A stretch of DNA of 64,000 bases. Source: Syntrophaceae bacterium. Its GTDB lineage: Bacteria > Desulfobacterota > BSN033 > UBA1163. Below, piece after piece: positions 8,769 through 18,035 of this stretch. The DNA lies in assembly GCA_013388645.1 (NCBI GenBank), contig JACAEV010000140.1, positions 9,700-73,699 of the forward strand, written 5' to 3'. The notes below the pieces were generated by a model, which searched no databases, was not told the origin of the DNA, and was given only the letters and a program-made list of their open reading frames with translations. Position numbers and translations under genes: made by a program. Position 1 is the first letter of the stretch. Each line of letters begins with the position of its first letter.

Positions 8769-9362
8769 TTGAAGTTGCGGAGGGAGAAACTTGTGGAGAA
8801 AGAGATTGCGAAATTTATGTATGAGATGGGTCAGCTTAAAAGGGTGAAGCGGTCAGGGTGGTGGATTGCTGGCGTGAAGGACCCTGAGAGTGTGGCAGAA
8901 CATACATTCAGGACGGCGGCCATTGCTTATCTTCTTGCTCATTTAGAAGGAGTGGATATTGAAAAAGCAGTCCTCATGGCGTTATTTCATGATATGCCAG
9001 AGACGAGAACCAACGACGCCCATCGAATTGTCCGAAGGTATGTAAACTGGAAAGAGGTTGATAACCAGGCAGTGAGGGATCAATCAAAAAGACTTCCTGA
9101 CGAGATCCAAGCACAGATGGTCAATCTATTGGGAGAGTTTGAAAAAGAGGTGTCTCCGGAAGCAAAAGTAGTTCGTGATGCAGATCTTCTCGAATGTATC
9201 TTGCAGGCACGTGAATATCACGCCTTAGGATATACGGATGTGGCGGATTGGATTTTTAATGCTCAGACCGCTCTCAAAACAGAATCGGCAAAGAAGTTAG
9301 CTTCGGAATGTCTTAAGACTGAACCCAAAGAATGGTGGCAAGGGTTGAAAGCAAAAGAATAA
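8769..9362 (+). CDS. HD-domain phosphohydrolase (YfbR-like 5'-deoxynucleotidase family)
   Basis: AEHTFRTAAIAYLLAH...LFHDMPETRTND H-HD-D metal-binding motifs. The track start is TTG; an in-frame ATG at 8817 is an alternative start. Confidence 0.65.
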   Translation: MKLRREKLVEKEIAKFMYEMGQLKRVKRSGWWIAGVKDPESVAEHTFRTAAIAYLLAHLEGVDIEKAVLMALFHDMPETRTNDAHRIVRRYVNWKEVDNQAVRDQSKRLPDEIQAQMVNLLGEFEKEVSPEAKVVRDADLLECILQAREYHALGYTDVADWIFNAQTALKTESAKKLASECLKTEPKEWWQGLKAKE

Positions 9363-9378
9363 GGGGAGATGGAAGAAG

Positions 9379-11058
9379 ATGAAGAAAAGGCTTTTGGTCG
9401 TTGGAGGGGTCGCCGCTGGCCCCAAAGCCGCAGCCAAGGCAAGAAGATGTGATCCTGAGATGGAGATTGCTATTTATCAAGAAGAGGATGAAATCTCCTA
9501 TGCGGGATGTGGACTTCCTTACTATATTAGCGGAGTTATACAAGAAAGAGAGGATTTGATCTCACGCACGCCAGGCAAGTTTGCCCTGGAAGGGATAAAA
9601 ATATTGAAAAATCGCAGGATCGAAAAAATTGATATCAGCGACCATGTTATCATTGGTAAAAGGATTGGTTCCGGAGAGACCTTTACAGATCGTTTTGATC
9701 AATTGGTCATCGCAACAGGAGCCTATCCGATTCGGCCTAAAATCGAAGGGATTCATTTGGGCAATGTTTTCTATCTTCGTTCCATCTTGGATGCCGATGC
9801 CATTTATGAAAGGATACAATCTGGAGGTATTCAAAACGTTACGATTGTTGGAGGGGGTTATATTGGGCTGGAGATGGCTGAATCACTCATCCATTTAGGG
9901 AAAAAGGTGACCATCGTTGAGTTGGCTCCCCAAATTTTAACACTCTTCGATGAAGATTTTGCTGGCATATTGAGACAATATTTAGAGAGGAAGGGGGTGA
10001 ACGTTTTTACCTCAGAGGGAATCCAAGCACTGGAAGGGAAGGGAGGAAGAGTGTCCCACGTCACTACTGTGTCAAAGGAGATAGAAACGGATATGGTTTT
10101 GATGAGTCTTGGGATTCGACCTCAGGTTGAGCTGGCCAAACAGGCTGGATTAAGAATTGGGGAGACAGGGGCGATCTGGGTGAATGAGAAAATGGAGACA
10201 AGTATTGAGGGAATTTATGCCGCAGGTGATTGTGCGGAGACGACCCATCTCATCACAGGGAAAAAGGTTTGGATCCCTTTAGGGTCGACTGCCAACAAAC
10301 AGGGCAGAGTGGTCGGAGTAAATGTCTGCGGTGGAAATGCGATCTTTCCAGGGGTGATGGGGACAACGGTCTTTAAAACCTTTGACTTCAATGTAGCTAA
10401 GACAGGATTGAGCATGAGAGAGGCAGAAATGGAAGGATTTCGTCCTATTCAAGCCATTGTGAGGGGGTATGATCGTGCTCACTATTATCCAGGGGAAAAA
10501 GAATCGACGTTAAAGGTCATCGCAGACAAAGGGACGGGTCGAATTCTTGGAGGTCAGGCAATCGGTGAGGGGCCCTCGGATAAATTCATTGATATCCTGG
10601 CAATGGCCCTTCATGATAAAATGACATGCCGGGAATTAGTCAATGTGGATTTAGCTTATGCCCCTCCTTTCAGTCCTGTTCTTTCGCCCATCATCGTGGC
10701 GGCCAACGTGTTATCGAACAAACTGGATGGAAACGTTGAGGGCATTTCAGCTGCAGAGGTGAGAGAGAAGCTTGAAACACAGAAAAAAAATTTCCAGGTT
10801 ATCGATGTCAGAGAAGAGGACGAGGTGAAAGAAAAGCGAATTCCTAACACCACTTGGATCCCATACGGAGACCTCAAAAATAGGATGGGTGAACTCGATA
10901 GAGAAAAAGAGATTGTCGTCCATTGCGAGTCAGGTCTCCGATCTTATAAAGCCTGTCTCAAACTTCAACACGAAGGTTTCCAGGATGTGAAGAACATCGA
11001 TGGAGGCATGCTCTGTTGGTGCTATGATGTAGAGCCTGAAGGTAATGAAAAAGGGTAA
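9379..11058 (+). CDS. CoA-disulfide reductase / NAD(P)H persulfide reductase-like flavoprotein with C-terminal rhodanese domain
   Basis: N-terminal LLVVGGVAAGPKAA FAD fold and SYAGCGLPY redox-active Cys of the NADH oxidase/CoADR family. C-terminal rhodanese with VVHCESGLRS active-site Cys loop. Confidence 0.8.
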   Translation: MKKRLLVVGGVAAGPKAAAKARRCDPEMEIAIYQEEDEISYAGCGLPYYISGVIQEREDLISRTPGKFALEGIKILKNRRIEKIDISDHVIIGKRIGSGETFTDRFDQLVIATGAYPIRPKIEGIHLGNVFYLRSILDADAIYERIQSGGIQNVTIVGGGYIGLEMAESLIHLGKKVTIVELAPQILTLFDEDFAGILRQYLERKGVNVFTSEGIQALEGKGGRVSHVTTVSKEIETDMVLMSLGIRPQVELAKQAGLRIGETGAIWVNEKMETSIEGIYAAGDCAETTHLITGKKVWIPLGSTANKQGRVVGVNVCGGNAIFPGVMGTTVFKTFDFNVAKTGLSMREAEMEGFRPIQAIVRGYDRAHYYPGEKESTLKVIADKGTGRILGGQAIGEGPSDKFIDILAMALHDKMTCRELVNVDLAYAPPFSPVLSPIIVAANVLSNKLDGNVEGISAAEVREKLETQKKNFQVIDVREEDEVKEKRIPNTTWIPYGDLKNRMGELDREKEIVVHCESGLRSYKACLKLQHEGFQDVKNIDGGMLCWCYDVEPEGNEKG

Positions 11059-11138
11059 ATGAGAGAAACGGGTTCGATGCTCAAAAGAAGGCGATGCCCC
11101 CTTACTTTCAAAAGCGGGAACCATTCCTTTGAGCACCC

Positions 11139-12425
11139 TCATTGAAGCACATCGGTGGAATCTTCTACGATTTCCCATATCGTAGGGGATGAAGGATCTG
11201 AGAGGTCTCGGATTCGTCCGTGTTCGTCACCCACCATGGGACATAATGGATATCCGGTATGGGTCTCAACGATGATCCCACTACTTCCATCCGAGAGGAC
11301 GACCCTCCTTCCCGCAGCCAGCACATTTAACAGCAGCAGGAAGGATGAGACATACTCCTTGTGAAGTTTTCCTGATAAGGCTTCTCTGATCAGAATCGTC
11401 GCTGCTTTAGCAACAGATAACGCTTGCCGATAGGGACGGACAGTGCGGAGAGCATCGTAGACATCGGCGACGGCGACAAGGAGGCTTGCAAAATGTAATG
11501 TGTGCTGGGGAAGACGTTGCTGAATCTTTGGATATCCGGATTGATTGGCCCCCATATGGTGTTGATAGGCGACTACCGGAAGGAGAGGGTTGGCGGATTC
11601 TACGCCGGGGATATCCAGAAGGAGTTGAGCACCGCAGAATGGGTGCCTCTCCATAAGAAGCCGCTCATGCGGTTCAAGAGGGCCATTGCGGTTTAAGATT
11701 TCTTTAGGGACTTCTTTCTTTCCAAGATCGTGGCAGAGGGCAGCCATGGAGATGGCATTGACCATTTCATCGGGGAGTCGGAGCGCCCGTGCCAGAGCGG
11801 ATGAAAGAACACAAACATTGAGGGCATGAGTAAAGGTGTAGTCGTCGAAGTTCTTCATTTCACGGATCGGCTCAAAAAGTTCTCTACCCACTGCCAATCG
11901 GGCAACAATTGCACATACGACCTCTCTGGCTCGAACGAGACCTTCGGGTTTTTTGGATTCAAGATCTGAGAGGACTCCTTGGGCTTCGGCGAGGAATCCC
12001 AGATACCCCGTGACCGCCCGAGTTAAAACAGAACTGGGCGTGACCTTTCTTTCTAATTTCAGGGAACCGGTGATGATTTTTAAACTCCGGTAAGGGGTTC
12101 GTTCCTTAGCCACCACCGTTTCGATCCATAAGGTGAGATCATCCTCTCTCGCATCCGGTTCAATTTGAATACTCTCAAATCCAAGTTGCTGGAGTGATTG
12201 AAAGAGAGCGCTGTAGGAAATGGGAATGTTTTCGATCCTCCGGTCTTCGACAATCGTATCATTTCCGAGGAAAGTAATCCTCACTGGCCGTCCCCAAGCA
12301 GCCAGTTTTTGAGAAGCTTGCTTAGCCGATTGGAGAATCTGTTTGGCCCCAGGAGGATAGATTCGGCGCATCCGAAAGAGAGCCCCAAGGTTGCAAAGAA
12401 AATAATCAAGGGCATCCTGCCCCAT
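11139..12425 (-). CDS. HD-GYP domain c-di-GMP phosphodiesterase with novel N-terminal domain
   Basis: HALNVCVLSSALA...LCHDLGK...HHMGANQSGYPKI are the HD and GYP motifs. The N-terminal ~100 aa are paralogous to the N-terminus of the upstream 609-aa protein. The start overlaps that gene by 20 nt. Confidence 0.8.
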   Translation of the reverse strand: MGQDALDYFLCNLGALFRMRRIYPPGAKQILQSAKQASQKLAAWGRPVRITFLGNDTIVEDRRIENIPISYSALFQSLQQLGFESIQIEPDAREDDLTLWIETVVAKERTPYRSLKIITGSLKLERKVTPSSVLTRAVTGYLGFLAEAQGVLSDLESKKPEGLVRAREVVCAIVARLAVGRELFEPIREMKNFDDYTFTHALNVCVLSSALARALRLPDEMVNAISMAALCHDLGKKEVPKEILNRNGPLEPHERLLMERHPFCGAQLLLDIPGVESANPLLPVVAYQHHMGANQSGYPKIQQRLPQHTLHFASLLVAVADVYDALRTVRPYRQALSVAKAATILIREALSGKLHKEYVSSFLLLLNVLAAGRRVVLSDGSSGIIVETHTGYPLCPMVGDEHGRIRDLSDPSSPTIWEIVEDSTDVLQ

Positions 12426-14235
12426 AGCTTTTCTCCCTTTTGGGTGGATACCAGTGGTTCTGGGAAATCAACCCCCCTCTTTCCCGCTCTCCCTTTTGGT
12501 TAGAGAGGTAGGTCTGGACTCTCTTCAGGGCTCTCAGGGCTTCACTACTCACCTTTGGATGAGGGTGATTTAAAAGAGCCTGAAGAGGACGAAGCACCTG
12601 AGGAAGTCCTTGCTGTCCGAGAACGATGGCAAGATTACGGGCAACGTACCAGGGACTGATGCGCGACTTTACCACAAAGGTTGGGGTTGCGGCTGAAGAG
12701 AAGCAGGAGAGGAGGTTGACGAGAAAATGGCGTTTGGAAATTTGTTCCTCTTCAGCCAGGGCCTTTAATGCCGTTTCGAGGAGACATTTTTCATGGTTCA
12801 CGGCAAAGGTGATGAGAGCATGCTGCTCCGGGAAAGAGGTTTTCGTAATGGCTGAAAGGCCTTTTTTAAATAAGTCTTTGACAAGGGAAGGAACGGAATC
12901 GAGCAGTTCTGGGAAGGTTCGATCCACCAGTCTGATAAAACCGAGAACACGCAGCGGACCCAACTGCTCCACACGTGCCTCGATACGGTTGAGGAGCCTT
13001 TTCTTAAAATCTTCTCCTTCCTCCAAGGCCAGGGCGAGAATCAGTTGATCCAAATATTCATCGGGGTCCTTCAACAAAAACGGTGTTTCCTCCTCCGGGC
13101 AAATCGTGGAAGAGGGATGAACCAAAAATTCAAGTGACTCGGAATACTCTGAATCCATAAAAGGGTTTTCTGATAGATTGATAATAAGATCCTCTACGGT
13201 CTTCCACACCTCCGCCGTAAACCCAGCATCCTTACCCGGAGATAACCTTGACTTGATCAATGTGAGGATTTCATCCGTTTTAGTGATTGGGGCAAAACGC
13301 CGGTATACCTCTACAAATCGATGAGTTCCTTGCTCGCCCAATGCAGCCAGCCCCGCGAGAAGATCGATAAATCGCTCTCCATCGATTTCCTTCAATAATG
13401 AGGCTTTCCCGAGTCCCAATCGCTTGGACTCCTGACCTTCGCGTCCTACGATTCGAACAAGATCTCTGACAGAGAGGAGCTTCCCCATTTGTGCAAGGTA
13501 ATTGAGGATGTCTTCCCGTTGACCTTCTGGAAGAAGGGATAGCGCATCCTCCAAACGCTCACCCAACATGAGCAAAAATTTCGTAAACCCCTCTGAATCG
13601 CCAAATCCCGATTCCGTCCACTCCTCCTTTGCGATTTCCCAGAATTCTTCAGAAGCAAGGGCAATGGCAAGCTGTTCAGTAGGGGCTTCGTGGCTCATGA
13701 GAGCAAGCCAAGCTTGGCGACGTCTTCGTTCCGGGTTTTCCTTAGAATCTTTCACTGCATCCGTAATCTCACTATGGATCTGATCCAGCTTCAGGGGCTC
13801 AATGTCGATAGTGAATACCTCAGAACGAAGTTGATGTCGGAGTTCTTGTCCTTCTAATTTGAGCGTGGAAATCACCCGAGCAAAACCCCAGACATCGTCA
13901 AGGGTCGCTTCTTTTGTCCAGAATATCTGAAGCACCTTTCTTGCATGCAACATCGAAGCAAGAGGGGTTGCCTTCCCAGCAATGAATTCTCCTGAAACGA
14001 CGAGCTCCTTGGAGGTGACCCCGATCGTAAGACTGCCTGTTGAATCGAACGGGACAGAATTTAGGACATTTTTAGCGACTTCGAGAAGGGTGGGGTGCTT
14101 GTTGGGATAGATGCGAACGCCGCGAATGAGGTGGACCAGATTTAAGGCAAATACCTCAACCTTTTTGGCGACTGTAGAAACTTCATTATTTTTCGATTCT
14201 ATCATGAATAACCTAAAAAAACCCAAACCAATCAA
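12406..14235 (-). CDS. 609-aa HEAT-repeat protein sharing its N-terminal domain with the HD-GYP protein
   Basis: C-terminal PWYVARNLAIVLGQQGLPQVLRPLQALLNHPHPKVSSEALRAL looks like HEAT/PBS-lyase repeats. N-terminal LIRGVRIYPNKHPTLLEVAK aligns with LFRMRRIYPPGAKQILQSAK of the HD-GYP protein. Confidence 0.45.
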   Translation of the reverse strand: MIGLGFFRLFMIESKNNEVSTVAKKVEVFALNLVHLIRGVRIYPNKHPTLLEVAKNVLNSVPFDSTGSLTIGVTSKELVVSGEFIAGKATPLASMLHARKVLQIFWTKEATLDDVWGFARVISTLKLEGQELRHQLRSEVFTIDIEPLKLDQIHSEITDAVKDSKENPERRRRQAWLALMSHEAPTEQLAIALASEEFWEIAKEEWTESGFGDSEGFTKFLLMLGERLEDALSLLPEGQREDILNYLAQMGKLLSVRDLVRIVGREGQESKRLGLGKASLLKEIDGERFIDLLAGLAALGEQGTHRFVEVYRRFAPITKTDEILTLIKSRLSPGKDAGFTAEVWKTVEDLIINLSENPFMDSEYSESLEFLVHPSSTICPEEETPFLLKDPDEYLDQLILALALEEGEDFKKRLLNRIEARVEQLGPLRVLGFIRLVDRTFPELLDSVPSLVKDLFKKGLSAITKTSFPEQHALITFAVNHEKCLLETALKALAEEEQISKRHFLVNLLSCFSSAATPTFVVKSRISPWYVARNLAIVLGQQGLPQVLRPLQALLNHPHPKVSSEALRALKRVQTYLSNQKGERERGGLISQNHWYPPKREKSYGAGCP

Positions 14236-14470
14236 ATTTTTATATTATCGCCAAAGGCGATCCGGCCTGCGGTTCCTAAATAAGCAAGTTCAATGCCAGC
14301 ACCGAAAAAGTGGCTTAACCCCTTATTTTATTTAAATATATTCAATTTGTAATATTAATTTTTTGACCGAATAATGACTTTTTTTGTCACCTAAAAAGAA
14401 GTCATGATGGCAATGTTATTTCATCGGCCCTTCAAGGAGTGTCAAGAATTACGGCGGGATTTTGGTCTGG

Positions 14471-15112
14471 TTAAGACACAATTATCTCATTCACATATTT
14501 TATCCAATCATATCCATAGGCGTCTTCATAGACCAATCTCAAGGGGAAACCATGTTTCTGGGGAAGCGTTTTACCGTTTACACGGTAGGCTAAAAAGATT
14601 TTTTTTTGATCAAGTGCCTTTGTAGGGATCCTCACACGCTTTTCGTAGGCCCCTATGATGTCAACATATTGCGCCTCTTTTCTGATCTGCGTCTCCTGGA
14701 GCAAACTCTTTAAATGAACACCTGTCCAACGACCATTATTGGAAAAGAAGCCGGGACAGATGAGAAGAACCGTCTCAGTTATTGAGGGATAATTAAGAAT
14801 TTGGTCATAACTCAAAGAAAGGGGTTGATTGACTTTACCCGCCACCTTCAGGCGATAAGTTTTTAAATCGATCGCTACATCGGTTGGTCCCATCGTCCCA
14901 AATGTTTTAAGCGGATCGATTTCGAGATTTCGAGTGTCAATCTCTTCCGGGTTCATATTCTTCAATTCTTCTCTTGATGCCCCTTTTGGGAGAAGCTTTT
15001 TTGCTTTGGCCCAGCAGATTGTGAAGGGATTGAGAATGAGGTTTGAAAAAGAAACCCATAGCCACGTTCTTAGTAGTTTTCTTCTCGTCCACATAAATAA
15101 ATAATAAAACAA
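14471..15112 (-). CDS. Sulfite-oxidase-family molybdopterin-binding domain protein (YedY/MsrP-like) with Tat signal
   Basis: LLICPGFFSNNGRWTGVHLKSLL...FLAYRVNGKTLPQKHGFPLRLVYEDAYGYDWIKYVNEIIV matches the Mo-co oxidoreductase fold. N-terminal MWTRRKLLRTWLWVSF is a twin-arginine motif, so the true start is probably the second Met. Confidence 0.55.
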   Translation of the reverse strand: MFYYLFMWTRRKLLRTWLWVSFSNLILNPFTICWAKAKKLLPKGASREELKNMNPEEIDTRNLEIDPLKTFGTMGPTDVAIDLKTYRLKVAGKVNQPLSLSYDQILNYPSITETVLLICPGFFSNNGRWTGVHLKSLLQETQIRKEAQYVDIIGAYEKRVRIPTKALDQKKIFLAYRVNGKTLPQKHGFPLRLVYEDAYGYDWIKYVNEIIVS

Positions 15113-15249
15113 TTTTTATGATAAGAAAAGGAGGTCGAAGATAGTGAATGTGATCTTGTTTTTTGACAAGCCTTTCTTACTGACTATTATAGGGATGACC
15201 GAAGCATTAAGCTTTGGGCACAGAAATGATATGGCTACCTTTTATGCAT

Positions 15250-16587
15250 TCATCCACGTGTAGAGTTCGTGGTCTTCTGCGTAGGTGGATAAAGGTACGA
15301 TTCGTATCGCACTTCTGGAATGATATTCCCACCAGATGGGAAGATCGCTACATCCGCTTGAGGCAACTTTTGAGAGACCTTCTCGATGGCATCCTGAATG
15401 GTAGAGGCGTACGAAAATTTCATCATCTTCACCTGCTCAGGTGAAAGACCCTCCGTGACATGTATCACCGTAAATTTTTCGGCCAATTCTTTAAAATAGA
15501 CCACTTGCATGATGTAAGAAATCCCAAAGGATTTGAGATGGTCGGGGACCTTGCCCTCGAGTAGCCGACGATGAAAATCCGCCGCTGTTTCATCGCTCGC
15601 CATTTCTTTGACCAATGGCATGATCGAGCCAGCCTCTTTCTGCGGAGCAACCCAGATGATAGCACCTCCTGACCGTGTGCAGAAACCTGACATGGTCAAT
15701 GCCTTTGTCGCCTGGACTCCTACTTCTAACGGGAAGGCCGAGGTGATGGTGACGTCTGCTAATTTCGAAAGGGGAATAGTATAGAGAGAGGTAGAAAACT
15801 TGGAGGCTTCCCTGTGTTCTAATTCCGGATTTCCTGTAAAGGCTTTGATTACCTCTTTCTTCTCATTGATGATGAAATCGAGTTTGAATGCCATTCGAGA
15901 TAATTTTCCCGCATCCAAAATCTCTTCATAGAACGGGTTTCCATCAAGGAGGTTAACTCTACTGTTGCGATGGCGCATCCAAGTGAAATGATGGCTGGCT
16001 ACCGAGCGATAGGAACATACTCCGGGCATGACGATCTTGTATCCCCCTCCGAATCCAGCGATGGGATGTGGCATACATTCGCCGACACCGATGATCAGAT
16101 CAGCAAAAGCGACATATCGATTGATTTCCACCAGTGTTCCTCGATGCGTTCTCCCAATGATGACATTGTCAGAGGCGTGGGGATCGTGAGGGAAAATGCG
16201 ACCCTTCAAGCGAGTAAATGCCTCTTTGCCCACCTTCTTTTCCAATTGTTCCAATATGGGAATGGGATGAGTTCCCAAAGCGCAGATCCCTGTAACCCGA
16301 TTATCCGGAATGCCGGCCCGATTAAGCCGATTTAAAATTTCAGGCAATGCCAAATGAACCGGTGTGGGCCGTTGAAGATCATCAAATAATAGGACGACCT
16401 CCATCCCCGGACGCGCCAATTCTTCAATCTTAGGTGATCCAATAGGGTGATCCAGAGCGAGTTTGATTTCTTGGATCGGATCTTTAACTCCCTGGATGGG
16501 TAGTTTGTCCTCAGCGGAAGTTAAGTTCCATCCCTTGGGGATAGAAAATGCTTTCCTCTCATTTTCATAGTTCAGATAACAAGACAT
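15250..16587 (-). CDS. LarA-like (DUF2088) lactate-racemase-domain protein
   Basis: ALGTHPIP and HPIAGFGGGYKIVMPG motifs resemble the nickel-pincer-cofactor-binding motifs of LarA-family racemases/epimerases. Confidence 0.6.
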   Translation of the reverse strand: MSCYLNYENERKAFSIPKGWNLTSAEDKLPIQGVKDPIQEIKLALDHPIGSPKIEELARPGMEVVLLFDDLQRPTPVHLALPEILNRLNRAGIPDNRVTGICALGTHPIPILEQLEKKVGKEAFTRLKGRIFPHDPHASDNVIIGRTHRGTLVEINRYVAFADLIIGVGECMPHPIAGFGGGYKIVMPGVCSYRSVASHHFTWMRHRNSRVNLLDGNPFYEEILDAGKLSRMAFKLDFIINEKKEVIKAFTGNPELEHREASKFSTSLYTIPLSKLADVTITSAFPLEVGVQATKALTMSGFCTRSGGAIIWVAPQKEAGSIMPLVKEMASDETAADFHRRLLEGKVPDHLKSFGISYIMQVVYFKELAEKFTVIHVTEGLSPEQVKMMKFSYASTIQDAIEKVSQKLPQADVAIFPSGGNIIPEVRYESYLYPPTQKTTNSTRG

Positions 16588-16693
16588 GGCGATCTCTCTT
16601 TTCTATAAGGCTTTAGGGGCTAACTCATTTTAACCATATTAACATTTCACCATGAAAGATGCAAACTGTAATCTTGACAAACTCAAGGTTACT

Positions 16694-16708
16694 GGGGTAC
16701 AGTACCCC
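16694..16708. promoter_or_regulatory. Perfect 7-1-7 palindrome GGGGTAC-A-GTACCCC at the 5' end of the GntR gene (candidate autoregulatory operator)
   Basis: Read directly from the sequence. It lies in the divergent larA-like/gntR intergenic region and contains the GT-N-AC core typical of GntR-family operators. Confidence 0.4.
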
Positions 16709-16710
16709 TG

Positions 16711-17436
16711 ATGCGACGACTGGTGATCAAGGATACGAAAACGATGCGGAGAAGAATCTATGAATATCTTCGGGAACAACTCTTGAATGGAGAGATCGCC
16801 CCTCGTGAGCATTTAATCGAAGGGAAGATTGCTAAAGAGATTGGAACATCGAGAACTCCAGTCAGAGAAGCTCTCCACGGCCTCGAGTTGGAAGGGTTAA
16901 TTGAATCCATCCCAAGGGTAGGGTATGTAGTGAAAGCCATCAGTGAACAAGAGGTGGAGGAGATCTGTGAGATCAGGATGGCCATCGAAGGGGTAGCCGC
17001 ACGCTGGGCGATGGAGAAGGACCATCCAAAATTAATGGAAGAACTTAAAAAAAATATTTCCCTCTCAAACGAGAAAGTGTCAAAGGGAGACGCTCGAGCC
17101 TTTATTGATCTGGATGCTCGATTTCATGAAATCATTGCTAAGCACAGTGGAAGTCAACGCCTCTTAGAATTGGCTCAAAACCTAAGACGACACATGCTTC
17201 GATACAGGTTACGAAGCATTTATTCGATGGATAATGTTGTAAGAGCAATTAAAGGACACAAAGGAATTCTCCGGGCAATCCAAAAAGGAGACATTGGAGA
17301 GGTCAATCAAGCCATTCGTGGTCATATGGAGCAGGTGAAAAAGGATGTCTTGAGATATGCCTTTAAAGAAACAGGGTTCGAGGGATCGAGGGGTCAAGGA
17401 GTCAAGCGATCGAGTGATAAAAGAATAAACACTTAA
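16711..17436 (+). CDS. GntR-family transcriptional regulator (FCD-type C-terminal domain)
   Basis: Winged-HTH region EHLIEGKIAKEIGTSRTPVREALHGLELEGLIESIPRVGYVV. The likely true start is the second Met at 16744 (MRRRIYEYL), which would leave the palindrome upstream. Confidence 0.8.
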   Translation: MRRLVIKDTKTMRRRIYEYLREQLLNGEIAPREHLIEGKIAKEIGTSRTPVREALHGLELEGLIESIPRVGYVVKAISEQEVEEICEIRMAIEGVAARWAMEKDHPKLMEELKKNISLSNEKVSKGDARAFIDLDARFHEIIAKHSGSQRLLELAQNLRRHMLRYRLRSIYSMDNVVRAIKGHKGILRAIQKGDIGEVNQAIRGHMEQVKKDVLRYAFKETGFEGSRGQGVKRSSDKRINT

Positions 17437-17478
17437 AACCTCGAATCCTGGAACCCTTGAATCTTTGGTTGGTTAGAT

Positions 17479-18030
17479 ATGATTGAAATCAAATTTAGAG
17501 GCCGCGGAGGGCAAGGGGCTGTTAGTGCTTCAGAGATTTTGGGCAGAGCCCTTTTTCTTGATGGGAAATACCCCCAATGCTTTTCATTGTTTGGAGGGGA
17601 GCGCCGAGGAGCTCCGGTGGTTGGATTCCTACGGGTCGACGAAGAGCCAATCCTCTTGAAATGTCAGATCTATCATCCGGATCATATCATTATTTTTGAC
17701 CCTTCATTAATTAACGAAGATGAAATTTTACAGGAGCTCAAACCAGGGGGAATGGTTCTGGTCAATATCAATGAGGAGATGGATTTCCTTCAATCCCTCA
17801 GGAAATTCAAAATCGGGTTCGTCAATGCCAGCTTGATAGCTAAAGATACGGGGGTAGGAAGCACCCTGAATACCGTGATGTTAGGAGCGTATATCCATTT
17901 GACGAATCTGGTCAAGATGGACACCTTGGTTGAAGCAGTGAAAACAATGGTCCCCTCCAAAATGGAGGAAAATATCCAAGCTGTCAAAGAAGGTTATCGC
18001 CAGGTAAAAATATTTGAGGTAGAGGAATAG
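17479..18030 (+). CDS. 2-oxoacid:ferredoxin oxidoreductase gamma subunit
   Basis: MIEIKFRGRGGQGAVSASEILGRA is the canonical PorC/KorC N-terminus. Confidence 0.8.
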   Translation: MIEIKFRGRGGQGAVSASEILGRALFLDGKYPQCFSLFGGERRGAPVVGFLRVDEEPILLKCQIYHPDHIIIFDPSLINEDEILQELKPGGMVLVNINEEMDFLQSLRKFKIGFVNASLIAKDTGVGSTLNTVMLGAYIHLTNLVKMDTLVEAVKTMVPSKMEENIQAVKEGYRQVKIFEVEE

Positions 18031-18035
18031 GGCGA

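Noticed and set aside
11059-11138. tRNA-like T-arm fragment (gggttcgatgc) in the convergent gap
   Set aside because: There is no acceptor stem, anticodon arm or CCA-compatible structure. The match is a short chance similarity.
12406-12425. Possible frameshift or gene fusion at the 20-nt overlap between the HEAT-repeat gene and the HD-GYP gene
   Set aside because: Both ORFs are intact with plausible starts. A short overlap of this size is common in co-translated operon genes.
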